DNA of 64,000 nt from contig CAVYCJ010000001.1 in NCBI GenBank assembly GCA_963766985.1, positions 45,634 through 109,633 on the forward strand, read 5' to 3'. The stretch is from an uncultured Acidobacteriota bacterium (GTDB taxonomy: Bacteria > Acidobacteriota > Terriglobia > Acidiferrales > UBA7541). The notes under the pieces were generated by a model. The model ran no database searches and was not told the DNA's origin. It saw nothing but the letters and a program-made list of their open reading frames with translations. Positions 1-9,804 of the stretch are shown one piece after another; the stretch's first letter is position 1; every line of letters begins with the position of its first letter. The position numbers were made by a program, and so were the translations under genes.

Positions 1-78
1 GTGTTGCCTTGCGGAACGATCGTCCGTTGCATTCCTGGCCGGCCTTGAACATCACAACTTTGCGATAATGGCGTCGAT

Positions 79-1482
79 ATGCGCCAAGGAGACTTTTTGA
101 ATCGGCTATTTCAGCATGAGCGCCGGATTTGTGTGATCGCGGCCATTGCTTTGGCGCTGCCGTTCTTTCTGCGGTTTCCGAATATCTATGCGCAGAATAA
201 TAAGGGGCACGACAAGAAAGATCGCGTCGTCGTGGTGATCAGCCTCGATGGGTTTCCCGCCTACGCGCTGAAGGATCCGAGGTTGCCGATTCCGACGCTG
301 CGCAGGCTGGCTCGCGAAGGCGCGACCGCGGATTCGATGCAGCCAGTCAATCCCACGGTGACGTGGCCGAACCATACAGCGATTGTTACTGGTGTCGATG
401 TTGCGCAACATCACGTTGTCTTTAACGGGTTGCTGGAACGGCCAGAGAAAGATGGGCCGCCGAAAATCGAGCCTTGGCGCGACAAAGACGTGATGGTACA
501 CGCGCCGACGATTTATGACGTGGCGCACGAAGCGGGGCTGAGTACGGCGCAGGTCGATTGGGTCGCGATCTACAACGCGAAGACGATTGACTGGAAATTT
601 CCGGAGCTGCCGGAGCCGGATGGAGAAATTGAGAAGAAGTTGATTGCGGATGGGACGGTGACGGCGGAGCAACTGAAGACGTTCGAAAACAGCAGCCAGG
701 CTTGGCAGGACGAGATCTGGACGGATGCAGCGGTGAGGATCTTGGAGGATCATCGGCCGAATCTGCTGCTGTTTCATTTGCTGACGCTGGATGACATCAA
801 TCATGAATACGGGCCGATGAGCAATGCGAGCCTGACGGCGATGGCCTGGCTGGATTCGCAGGTGAAGCGAGTCGTCGATGTGTTGGAGCGGCCGGGATTT
901 GCGGGGCGCTCGACGGTGATCATTGTTTCGGATCATGGATTTCGCGCGTACAAGCACCGAATCCACGCGAATGTTTTGTTGCAGGAGAAGGGAATTATTA
1001 CGGCGGCTGCCGACGGGAAGATGCATGGCGATGCCTGGGTTGTGCCTGAGGGCGGGATTGGGATGGTCTACGTCAACGGATCGGCGCGAAAAGCGGAGCT
1101 GATTTCGAAAGTTAGATCGATCTATTCGACTGCCGAGGGGATTGAGAAGGTTTACGGAGTCGAGAATTTTGATGGGCTTGGATTGCCGACTCCGGCGGAG
1201 TCGGATCAGGGCCCGGATTTGGTCCTTGCTGCAAAGCCGGACTATGCGTTCGCGGGCGACGATGCCAAGACGTACATCACGGATGCGAATGGCGGCACGC
1301 ATGGTTTTTTGAATTCTGATGCGCAGATGCAGGCTATTTTTATGGCTTGGGGCGCGGGCGTGCCGAAAAATGCGCACCTGGGATCGATTACGAACCGCGA
1401 GGTTGCGCCTACGATTGCAAAACTGTTGGGAATTGAAATGAAGTCTGCGAAGTCGCCTGCGTTACCAAACTTCGGAAATTAA
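79..1482 (+). CDS. Secreted nucleotide pyrophosphatase/phosphodiesterase (alkaline-phosphatase superfamily)
   Basis: 467-aa ORF. It has an N-terminal hydrophobic signal-like segment (ICVIAAIALALPFF). Motifs VVVISLDGF, PTVTWPNHTAIVTG and IIVSDHGF are typical of type I phosphodiesterase/NPP enzymes. Confidence 0.75.
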   Translation: MRQGDFLNRLFQHERRICVIAAIALALPFFLRFPNIYAQNNKGHDKKDRVVVVISLDGFPAYALKDPRLPIPTLRRLAREGATADSMQPVNPTVTWPNHTAIVTGVDVAQHHVVFNGLLERPEKDGPPKIEPWRDKDVMVHAPTIYDVAHEAGLSTAQVDWVAIYNAKTIDWKFPELPEPDGEIEKKLIADGTVTAEQLKTFENSSQAWQDEIWTDAAVRILEDHRPNLLLFHLLTLDDINHEYGPMSNASLTAMAWLDSQVKRVVDVLERPGFAGRSTVIIVSDHGFRAYKHRIHANVLLQEKGIITAAADGKMHGDAWVVPEGGIGMVYVNGSARKAELISKVRSIYSTAEGIEKVYGVENFDGLGLPTPAESDQGPDLVLAAKPDYAFAGDDAKTYITDANGGTHGFLNSDAQMQAIFMAWGAGVPKNAHLGSITNREVAPTIAKLLGIEMKSAKSPALPNFGN

Positions 1483-1527
1483 TCTGTGATAACGTCGCTG
1501 GCCGAGAATTCGAGCAGTCGAGAGCGG

Positions 1528-2844
1528 CTACGCTTTGGTCGAAGCTGATCGACGCGAGCGGAGGTAGGTAGCGTAGATCGCTACGGCTCCGACCATGGCG
1601 AAAATGGCGATCAACGTCCACGCGAGGTCGTAGTTGTGGCGAGCGTCGAATAAGCGGCCGACAAACCAGGGGCCAGCCCACTGTCCAACTGAATAACCCA
1701 TGATGATCAGCGCAAGAATTTTGCCGAGCGATGCGGTGCCGAAATTTTCTGAGACGACGAGCGGGATCAGCATGTAGTCGGCGCCCATCGAGAAGCCGAA
1801 GATTGCGGCGAACGCCCAGACGGCGAGCGTGGATTGCGGATGAGCGAGCAAGAGCACGGATGCGCCGATCAGGAAATAAAAAATCGCCATGATGAAGGAT
1901 TTTGAAAAACGATCGGCGATGTAGCCGACGACGACGCGGCCGCCAAGGCTAGCGGTCAGCAGGATGCTCAGGTAACGGGAGGCGACCGTCGCTGAGTATC
2001 CAGAATCTTTAAGAAACAAGATGAAATGCTGGATGACAGCGCCGATTGCTCCGATGGCGAGAGTTGAGCCGAGCAGAATGAGCCAGAAGGGCGCGGTTCG
2101 AATGGCTTGCGCTACTCCGGCAGGTGCAACGGCGGGAGCTGAGATTTTGTTTTCAAGTGATGACTCGCCGAATTGTTTTGGATCAATTCCGCGGTCGGCT
2201 GGTGTCGAGCGCGTGATCCAGAGGCCGGTGGGAATCAGCACAAGACCGATTGCCGTGCCGATGATTTCGAGAGCAGGCCGCCAACCGAGAGTGCGCGCGA
2301 GATAGTTCACCAGGATCGGCGCGACGACTCCGCCCAGGCCCAAGCCGAGATAGGCATAGCCCATCGCTTGACCGCGACGGCGTTCGAACCATCGGGCTAC
2401 CAAAACTTGATTCGCGATGGGACCGGCGAAGACGTAACCGATCACTTCTACGATGCAGAGGAGTTCGAATTGCCAGAACGCGGTGATGCGACTCATCAGA
2501 ATCAGTGAGCCGGATACGAGCGCGACGCCGGCTAAGATCACAGCTTTTGCGCCGACGCGATCGATCAAGGCGCCAGCGATGATTCCGAATGGCAAGCCGG
2601 CGAAGAGAAAGCCGAGGAGAAATCCCTGGGTGAGCTGGGCGCGAGTGAAGTGGAGGTCCTGGACGAAGTAGGGATAGAAGGCGGGGAAGCCGTAGAAGAT
2701 GATGCCAACGACGAGGAAGAGGTTCAGGAAAGCGGCGAAGACGATCCACCAGCCGTAGTAGGTTTCACCACTGGCGTTGGGCGTGGGATTGGGCGGCGGC
2801 GCGATCGAGCGGGCGGCATCGGTTGTGGCGGATGAGTGCGTCAC
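1528..2844 (-). CDS. MFS transporter
   Basis: 438-aa ORF with about 12 hydrophobic spans. It has an MFS loop motif (LIDRVGAK) and an ARWFERRRGQAMG-like loop. Confidence 0.8.
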   Translation of the reverse strand: MTHSSATTDAARSIAPPPNPTPNASGETYYGWWIVFAAFLNLFLVVGIIFYGFPAFYPYFVQDLHFTRAQLTQGFLLGFLFAGLPFGIIAGALIDRVGAKAVILAGVALVSGSLILMSRITAFWQFELLCIVEVIGYVFAGPIANQVLVARWFERRRGQAMGYAYLGLGLGGVVAPILVNYLARTLGWRPALEIIGTAIGLVLIPTGLWITRSTPADRGIDPKQFGESSLENKISAPAVAPAGVAQAIRTAPFWLILLGSTLAIGAIGAVIQHFILFLKDSGYSATVASRYLSILLTASLGGRVVVGYIADRFSKSFIMAIFYFLIGASVLLLAHPQSTLAVWAFAAIFGFSMGADYMLIPLVVSENFGTASLGKILALIIMGYSVGQWAGPWFVGRLFDARHNYDLAWTLIAIFAMVGAVAIYATYLRSRRSASTKA

Positions 2845-2879
2845 GGGCAGCGAAGCTTAACCTGAGGAGCGCCGCAATT

Positions 2880-3726
2880 TCATCCAAATTCCGGGCCGAG
2901 GATCGCGCAGAGGCATTCTGAGTTTCCGGGGAAGGCGTTTGGTCCGCGGTACATGCGGGTGAGGAGTCGGGCTGGAGAAAATCCGTATTCGCGCAGGAGT
3001 TCGGTGGCGATGAGATTGGATTTGAGTGCGTCGACGATGAGGGTTTCTCGCGGCGACCGCTGGAGAAATTCGGAGAGCAGGGATCTTGCAGTCTGATCGT
3101 CTTGCGCCATCCATGGGCCGAAGTGATCGGCAAAGAGTCCGTGGCGGCCGAATGCGTAGCCGTTTAACGCGCCGGCATTTCGAATTGACAGCGACAGTTC
3201 GGGGGCATGCTCGGCGAGGGAGGATAGCAACTTGCTGCGGTCGGCTCCGAAGATATTGCGATCGAATTCGAGGATTTGGCGTAGCTCCGCTGACGAAAGG
3301 CTCGCGCCGAGATTAGTCGCTTGCTCTGTCACGCTTCGCTTCAAGATCCAGCGATCGATTTCGTATTCGGTGACGAAACCGAGCTTTTCGTAGAGCGGTT
3401 TTCCGGCGGGCGTGGCGTCGAGCTTCAACGTAGGAATGCCGGATCCATCCAAATACTCGATGGCGTGTTGTAGAAGCGCGGTGCCGACGCCTCGTTTTCT
3501 GTAATCCGGATCGACGAGAACCATTCCAATCCAGGCGAATCGGCTTTCATAGGGAATTGTGGCGGAGGTTCCGACGATCTTTCCGTCATCTTCCATTACA
3601 AAGCAGCCGCTGGGGGCTGGAGTCGAGAAATCGGGTCCAATCGGCTTCGGTCTGATTCCAGCCCACGATCGTGTTCAGCCGAACGCCGCCAGGAATATCC
3701 CGCTTGGTCATTACTCGGAGTTGCAT
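2880..3726 (-). pseudogene. GNAT family N-acetyltransferase, frame interrupted (pseudogene or consensus error)
   Basis: ORFs 3586..3798 and 2880..3596 join into one GNAT: MQLRVMTKRDIPGGVRLNTIVGWNQTEADWTRFLDSSP | SGCFVMEDDGKIVGTSATIPY...VLVDPDYRKRGVGTALL (acetyl-CoA binding R-x-x-G-x-G). The frames meet in a C5 run on the coding strand (G5 at 3612..3616). Deleting one C restores the frame. Confidence 0.7.
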
Positions 3727-3832
3727 GGAACTTGAGCCTCTATTCGAACGCTCAGGATACTGGAATCCGAGCGACTCGTGATGAGGGTTTGAGTACAATC
3801 TTTCGAGCGCGAAATTTTCAAAGCAAGCCTAA

Positions 3833-4891
3833 ATGCCCGACCACCAGAGGCTGATGCAGAGCGAACTCAAGTCGATCCGCGACGAAACGCACCTCGAAGA
3901 ACTTCTGAGCGAACCCACCGAAAGCGTTGTTCGAACGATGGGCGAGCTGGAAGGCGACATTATTGTGCTCGGCGTCGCTGGGAAGATGGGGCCGACGCTC
4001 GCTCGAATGGCGAAGCGAGCGTCCGACGCGGCTGGGGTGAAGCGTCGCGTTATCGGCGCATCGCGATTTTCGTCGCCGGAACTCGAACGCCGACTCGCGG
4101 ATTGGGGAGTCGAGACGATTCGCTGCGATCTGCTGGACCGCGACGCGCTCGCGGCTCTTCCGTATGCCGCAAATGTCGTTTACATGGCAGGGATGAAATT
4201 TGGCTCGACCGGGCAGGAGTGGCGCACGTGGGCGATGAACGTTTTCTTGCCCGGACTCGTCGCGGAGCGTTATCGGTCCAGCCGAATCGCGGTTTTTTCC
4301 ACCGGGAATGTCTACGGACTTTGTTCGGTGTCACGAGGCGGCTCGCGAGAAGGGGACGAGTTAAACCCTGCCGGCGAATACGCGATGAGTTGTCTTGGCC
4401 GCGAACGCATATTCGAGCATTTCAGCCGGGCGAACGGAACGAAGATGACGATCTTGCGGTTGAACTATGCAAGCGAGATGCGTTACGGAGTGCTGCTCGA
4501 CATTGCGCAGAAGGTTTTCTCTGGCAAGCCTGTTTCGCTCTCGATGGGACATCTGAATACGATTTGGCAGAGAGACGCGTCGGCGATGAGCCTCGAATCG
4601 CTCGCACATGCCACGACGCCTCCCAATATCTTGAACATTACTGGGCCGGAGATTCTTAGCGTTCGAAAGTTAGCTGAGGAGTTCGGCGCAAGATTTGGCA
4701 AAGCGGTCACTCTTGAAGGCACAGAGTCGTGCGATGCGCTGCTGAACGACTCCAGCAAGGCCTTCGAACTTCTCGGCAAACCGCTAGTCGGCATCAACCA
4801 GATGCTCGATTGGATCGCGGATTGGGTTGCGCGAGGAGGATCTTCTCTGGCCAAGCCGACGCATTTCGAGGAGCGCGCTGGACGGTTTTAA
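3833..4891 (+). CDS. NAD-dependent epimerase/dehydratase family protein
   Basis: 352-aa ORF with an N-terminal Rossmann motif IIVLGVAGKMGPTLA and extended-SDR-like length. Confidence 0.65.
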   Translation: MPDHQRLMQSELKSIRDETHLEELLSEPTESVVRTMGELEGDIIVLGVAGKMGPTLARMAKRASDAAGVKRRVIGASRFSSPELERRLADWGVETIRCDLLDRDALAALPYAANVVYMAGMKFGSTGQEWRTWAMNVFLPGLVAERYRSSRIAVFSTGNVYGLCSVSRGGSREGDELNPAGEYAMSCLGRERIFEHFSRANGTKMTILRLNYASEMRYGVLLDIAQKVFSGKPVSLSMGHLNTIWQRDASAMSLESLAHATTPPNILNITGPEILSVRKLAEEFGARFGKAVTLEGTESCDALLNDSSKAFELLGKPLVGINQMLDWIADWVARGGSSLAKPTHFEERAGRF

Positions 4892-4915
4892 TTTCGCCTG
4901 AATTTCAACGACACG

Positions 4916-5983
4916 ATGCCGCACACAATCGACGCCAAAGTCCTGCAATCGATTCAGAAGGGAGTCGTAATTCCGGCGCATCCGCTCGCGCTCACATCAG
5001 AGCGGCGCCTGGACGAACGCCGCCAACGAGCGCTCTCGCGTTACTACGTTGCGGCGGGCGCAGGCGGACTTGCCGTCGGCGTGCACACGACGCAGTTTGC
5101 GATCCGGCAACCGAAGATTGGGCTGTTCCAGCCGGTGTTACGACTCGCCGCAGAAGAAATGGATCGCGCGGATGTCAGCCGGACGACACCGCTGGTTCGA
5201 ATCGGCGGTGTTTGCGGCGAGACAAATCAGGCGGTTGCCGAAGCCACGTTGCTCCGCGATCTCAGATACCACGCTGGACTCTTGAGTTTGGGCGCTGTCG
5301 CGGCGTGGGACGACGAACGCCTGCTCGCTCATTGCAAGGAAGTGGCTCAGGTACTTCCGTTGATTGGTTTTTATTTGCAACCGGCAGTGGGCGGCCGATT
5401 GCTTTCGTATTCGTTCTGGCGAAAATTCGCGGAAATCGAAAACGTTATTGCGATCAAGATTGCGCCGTTCAATCGTTATCAGACATTGGATGTTGTTCGA
5501 GCCGTGGCGGAATCGGGACGCGACATCGCGCTGTACACAGGAAACGACGACAACATCGTGCTGGATTTGCTTACGCCGTTTTCGTTTCAGGCCAAACCAC
5601 AGCAACAAACGCGCCGCATCGTTGGGGGACTGTTAGGTCATTGGGCTGTTTGGACGAAACGTGCAGTCGATCTTCTGGCCGAGTGCCACGCTCTCGTGGG
5701 CGACAAGGCTCCGATTCCACACAACATGTTAGAGAAGTCCGTGCAAGTCACCGACAGCAACGCGGCATTTTTCGACGCAGCCAACGGATTCGGCGGTTGC
5801 ATTGCAGGCTTGCATGAGGTTCTTCGGCGGCAAGGCCTGCTCGAAGGAATCTGGTGCCTCGACGAACACGAAACACTCAGCCCGGGCCAACGAGAAGAGA
5901 TCGACCGCGTCTATCGCGCGTATCCCGAGCTGAACGATGACGAATTTGTTCGCGGAGGCCGCGATGCCTGGTTGAAGCCTTGA
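4916..5983 (+). CDS. Dihydrodipicolinate synthase (DapA-like class I aldolase) family protein
   Basis: 355-aa ORF with TIM-barrel-like alternation and a candidate Schiff-base lysine in VIAIKIAPF. Family call is by resemblance only. Confidence 0.5.
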   Translation: MPHTIDAKVLQSIQKGVVIPAHPLALTSERRLDERRQRALSRYYVAAGAGGLAVGVHTTQFAIRQPKIGLFQPVLRLAAEEMDRADVSRTTPLVRIGGVCGETNQAVAEATLLRDLRYHAGLLSLGAVAAWDDERLLAHCKEVAQVLPLIGFYLQPAVGGRLLSYSFWRKFAEIENVIAIKIAPFNRYQTLDVVRAVAESGRDIALYTGNDDNIVLDLLTPFSFQAKPQQQTRRIVGGLLGHWAVWTKRAVDLLAECHALVGDKAPIPHNMLEKSVQVTDSNAAFFDAANGFGGCIAGLHEVLRRQGLLEGIWCLDEHETLSPGQREEIDRVYRAYPELNDDEFVRGGRDAWLKP

Positions 5984-6002
5984 CGAAATACTTTCGGTGC
6001 TA

Positions 6003-7328
6003 CTAGCTCTTGACGATTTCCGTTGAATATTTGGGAAGGACGAGCATCAATGCGGCTGCTACACCCAACGCAAGAGCGAGAACGGTGAGAAGCGAAGTGT
6101 ACGAACCGGTGACATCAAACGCGCGCCCCAGAATGACGGGGCCGGTGGCTCCGGCGGCTGCGTAGAACGTCCAGGTGAGGCCGTACAGCGTTGAGAAAGC
6201 GCGCAGACCGAAATAGCGGGTCAGCAAATACGGCGTGATCGCAGCTTCGCCACCCGCTCCAATTCCAATAAGCGCAGCGGCTGCCGCTCCGCCAACGAAA
6301 CTGCTCGCGCTCGCGAGCAGCAAGATCCCGCCGGCGGTGGCCAGATTGATGACAAACGCTACGCGCCCGCCAAAAAATCGGTCAAGCAACCAGCCGGTCA
6401 CAATGCGACCCAATATGCTCGTACCGCCGAGAATCGACGCGCAAAGGGCGGCATTTCCGGGGGTGATTCCCCGGTCTGTCAGCAAGGCCGAGAGATGCGT
6501 GATGGCTCCGTTCATGCTGATCGAACTCACGAACAGAACCGCAACAATGATCCAGAACGCAAACGACCGTGTCCCTTGTTGCCAGGTGAGTCCCGAGTGC
6601 GGAGTTTCCGTCACTTCCCTTGCTTGCGTTTTCGTCGTGCCTCGATCTCTGATATAGAGCCAGCTGAGGGGAAGACCGAGCAGCAACGCGGTAATGCCCA
6701 GCGTTAAATAGGCGGCACGCCAACCTGATCGGGTGACAACGGCCTGGGCGATGACCGGGAGAATCATCGCGCCGAGACCTGCTCCGACCATGACGAATGC
6801 CAGTGCTACTCCCAAGCGGCGGTTGAACCACGTCGAAATCGAGCGCGCATATGCCAAATGAGCAGCGCCATTGCCGACCACGCCGATGACGAAGCACGTT
6901 AGGTAGAACTGCCAGATTCCCGGGCGCAAGAGAGCGAAAGATGCGATGCCGCAACCGAACACGGTCATGGACGGCAAGATGATGTAACGAGGGCCAAAGC
7001 GGTCGATCAAGCGACCGATCAGCGGGGATGACATCCCCACCGTCATCGCGGCGATCGCAAAGCCGAGAGAAACGGATTCGCGATTCCAGCCAAATTGTGC
7101 GCCGAGCGGCTTTACGAAGACCGTAAACGTGTAGACGAAGAGCGAGCCGAATCCGCCCATCACGCCGAGGCATGCTGCAAGCGCAACGCGCCAGCCGAAA
7201 TATCCCGCGTGAGATTCGTCGAGTTCAATCGCTTTATCGGTTCTGGGTTGTGTGTCTGTGATCATGCTTCGGCAAGCCGTGCCAACCGCGTCCCACACCC
7301 GTACAAGGTGGCCACTTTGCTGGGCCAA
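6003..7328 (-). CDS. MFS transporter
   Basis: 441-aa ORF with 12 hydrophobic spans and LIGRLIDRFGPR loop motifs. The true start may be the internal ATG at 7265 (MITDTQPR). Confidence 0.8.
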   Translation of the reverse strand: MAQQSGHLVRVWDAVGTACRSMITDTQPRTDKAIELDESHAGYFGWRVALAACLGVMGGFGSLFVYTFTVFVKPLGAQFGWNRESVSLGFAIAAMTVGMSSPLIGRLIDRFGPRYIILPSMTVFGCGIASFALLRPGIWQFYLTCFVIGVVGNGAAHLAYARSISTWFNRRLGVALAFVMVGAGLGAMILPVIAQAVVTRSGWRAAYLTLGITALLLGLPLSWLYIRDRGTTKTQAREVTETPHSGLTWQQGTRSFAFWIIVAVLFVSSISMNGAITHLSALLTDRGITPGNAALCASILGGTSILGRIVTGWLLDRFFGGRVAFVINLATAGGILLLASASSFVGGAAAAALIGIGAGGEAAITPYLLTRYFGLRAFSTLYGLTWTFYAAAGATGPVILGRAFDVTGSYTSLLTVLALALGVAAALMLVLPKYSTEIVKS

Positions 7329-7557
7329 GAAGGCGAATCACAATAATCCGAAAGCACTACCGGGCCAAGAACAACTCTTGGGAAAGCGGCGAAAATTCGC
7401 CTGCTAAATATTCCAACCACCCGCCGCGGGTCGGCATCCAAGCCGCATGTCCGTGATATTCTCAATGCCGTCGGAAGCGGTTGCGACTCTCGGGAGCGAA
7501 CCGAACTCGAGAGCCCAATCACTCCGGTCCGCGCATCGGGCTTCGGAAGCATCCCCC

Positions 7558-7857
7558 ATGATCGTCCGCACCGTCGAACAAGTCCGCCGAGCCTTCCGAA
7601 TTGTTGCTGGATTTACGTTGCTGCTCGTCGGCGTAGTCATGATTGTCACGCCCGGGCCGGGCTGGCTCGTGATCTTCCTCGGGTTAAGCCTTCTGGCCGC
7701 GGAGTTCATCTGGGCTCGGCGTCTGATGGATCGGATGAAGCGCGAAGGCGAGCGCGTTCGCGATGTCGTCTGGTCGATCGGCAAAGGCGTTCCCGGCGTT
7801 CCCTCGAGCAACGCTGCCGCCGAATCCTCTCAAGCTCAACCGCAAAAAACCGAGTAA
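7558..7857 (+). CDS. PGPGW-domain small membrane protein
   Basis: Literal motif MIVTPGPGWLVIFLGLSLLAAEFIWARR. I prefer the start at ATG 7558 (MIVRTVEQ) over the ORF-track start 7447. Confidence 0.6.
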   Translation: MIVRTVEQVRRAFRIVAGFTLLLVGVVMIVTPGPGWLVIFLGLSLLAAEFIWARRLMDRMKREGERVRDVVWSIGKGVPGVPSSNAAAESSQAQPQKTE

Positions 7858-7868
7858 ATTCGCGAGAT

Positions 7869-8771
7869 TTGGAGCGACGAATGGAAGTAGGTCTGATTGG
7901 TCTTGGAGGTATGGGCACCGGAATGGCGAAGAGCCTCCTGCGCGGTGGTCATCGTGTAACCGTTTTCAACCGCACGCGGGCCCGAGCGGAGGCCCTGCGC
8001 GCAGACGGCGCAATGGTCGCCGCCACGGCGGCCGAGGCGTGCCGGGCGGGAATTGTGATAACGATGCTTGCCGACGATGCGGCGCTCGAATCTCAGGTCT
8101 TCGGCGATGGCGGCATTCTCGCTTCGCTGCCGCCCGGCGGCGTGCATATTTCGTGCAGCACGATCAGCGTGGCCTTGAGCGACAGACTTACCGCTGCGCA
8201 TTCTGCTGCGGGACAGGAGTTTGTTTCTTGTCCGGTATTCGGCCGTCCCGACGCCGCCGAAGGTGGCCGACTTGCTGTTGTTGCCGCGGGGCCGTCTCAG
8301 GTCGTTGATCGCTGCAAGCCGTTGTTCGATTCGTTCGGGCCGAAATTGCTGGTCATAGGCGAAAAACCGTCGCTCGCGAATGTAGTCAAGCTCTCAGGGA
8401 ATTTTCTGATCGCCAGCGTGTTGGAGTCGCTTTCTGAAGCGATTGCGTTTGCACGGAAGTCCGGCGTCGATGCAGCGGTGCTCGTGGACTTTCTGACATC
8501 GACGCTTTTCAACGCGCCAGTTTACAAGGTGTACGGCGGCTTGATCGTGGCAGGGAACTACGACGATGTGGGCTTCGCTCTCCCGCTTGGGCTGAAGGAT
8601 ACGCGCCTCGTTCTCCAAGCGGCCGAGGCCCAGAGCGTCCCGATGCCGATCGCGAGCGTCGTACGCGATCGTTTCCTGACCGCTATGGCGCGCGGTAACG
8701 CAAATAAGGATTGGTCGGCACTCGGGCTCATCGCCGCGCAGGATGCTGGGCTTCCGCCGGCGAAGTCGTAA
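7869..8771 (+). CDS. NAD(P)-dependent oxidoreductase, 3-hydroxyisobutyrate/6-phosphogluconate dehydrogenase-like family
   Basis: N-terminal VGLIGLGGMGTGMAKSLLRGGHRVTVFNRT dinucleotide fold. About 290 aa with a C-terminal all-helical domain. Confidence 0.8.
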   Translation: MERRMEVGLIGLGGMGTGMAKSLLRGGHRVTVFNRTRARAEALRADGAMVAATAAEACRAGIVITMLADDAALESQVFGDGGILASLPPGGVHISCSTISVALSDRLTAAHSAAGQEFVSCPVFGRPDAAEGGRLAVVAAGPSQVVDRCKPLFDSFGPKLLVIGEKPSLANVVKLSGNFLIASVLESLSEAIAFARKSGVDAAVLVDFLTSTLFNAPVYKVYGGLIVAGNYDDVGFALPLGLKDTRLVLQAAEAQSVPMPIASVVRDRFLTAMARGNANKDWSALGLIAAQDAGLPPAKS

Positions 8772-8860
8772 CCCTCGTTTACCCCACTGGCACAAGCCGA
8801 CATCGTCGCAACTATTTCTCCGTGTTAGTCTGACCGTGCAGCGCACAGGAGATCGCGAAG

Positions 8861-9664
8861 ATGTATCCATGGACAGGGAAGTGGGCGCTCGTTACGGGAG
8901 CCAGCGCGGGAATCGGGGTTGCACTCGCGGCCGAGCTAGCCGGGTCTGGAACGAATCTCGTTCTCACAGCACGCCGCCAGGATCGCCTCACGGCGTTGGC
9001 GCACGATCTCGCCATCAAGCACAACATCCGCACCGAAATCTGTGTCGCGGACCTTGCCGATCCAACCGGTCCGGATTCGATCTTCGCTTTCGTCCGCGAA
9101 AAAAATCTCCACATCGATCTGCTCGTCAATAATGCGGGCTTCGGCGCTTACGGCGAGTTCGCCGCGTCCCAGCGCGCGAGGCAGGTCGAAATGGTGCAAG
9201 TCAATTGTTGCGCTGTCGTCAATCTGACGCATTTGTTTCTGCAACCGATGCTGCTGCGGAAATCTGGCGACATTCTGATCGTCGCGTCCACCGCGTCTTT
9301 TCAGGCTGTGCCGTACATCACGACCTACGCTGCAACCAAAGTCTTCGATTTGCACTTTGCGGAAGGGTTGGCCGAGGAGCTGAAGCCATTTGGCATTCGA
9401 GTTTGCGGCCTGTGTCCTGGCTCTACTGAATCTGAGTTTCACGTGGTGGCGAGCCACGATACTGCGCCGGCTGCGAAACGTCCGCGCGAAACCGCCGAAA
9501 AAGTGGCGCGCGTCGGCTTGCAGGCGCTCGCAGCAGGGAAGAGTTACGTCATCTCCGGTCGTCGCAACTACCTCGGCGCGCACCTTCAACGCCTGATCCC
9601 GCGTCATTTAGTCACATCCATCGCAGGCAAGCTGTTTCGTCCGCCAGCGAAAACCCAAGCTTGA
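8861..9664 (+). CDS. SDR family oxidoreductase
   Basis: Motifs ALVTGASAGIG, NNAG and Y-x-x-x-K (YAATK). Confidence 0.85.
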   Translation: MYPWTGKWALVTGASAGIGVALAAELAGSGTNLVLTARRQDRLTALAHDLAIKHNIRTEICVADLADPTGPDSIFAFVREKNLHIDLLVNNAGFGAYGEFAASQRARQVEMVQVNCCAVVNLTHLFLQPMLLRKSGDILIVASTASFQAVPYITTYAATKVFDLHFAEGLAEELKPFGIRVCGLCPGSTESEFHVVASHDTAPAAKRPRETAEKVARVGLQALAAGKSYVISGRRNYLGAHLQRLIPRHLVTSIAGKLFRPPAKTQA

Positions 9665-9804
9665 TCCGGGTGTCTCAACCGTTGGACGCAGGAGCCTGAC
9701 TCGAATCGATACGTGGCTATTTGCGGTTGGCAACCTGCCATGCTCATTGAGACATCGCACAATGGGTTCGCGACGACGACATGTTTCAGAATTCGACTAT
9801 CCGA

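Noticed and set aside
106-1377. Long antisense ORF (423 aa) opposite the phosphodiesterase gene. Similar long shadow ORFs include 2183..2749, 38478..39350, 39630..40568, 42860..43717, 44122..45069 and 54367..55881.
   Set aside because: They are Arg/Pro/His-rich low-complexity translations with no SD or motifs, lying opposite clearly recognisable genes. This is typical of shadow ORFs in GC-rich DNA.
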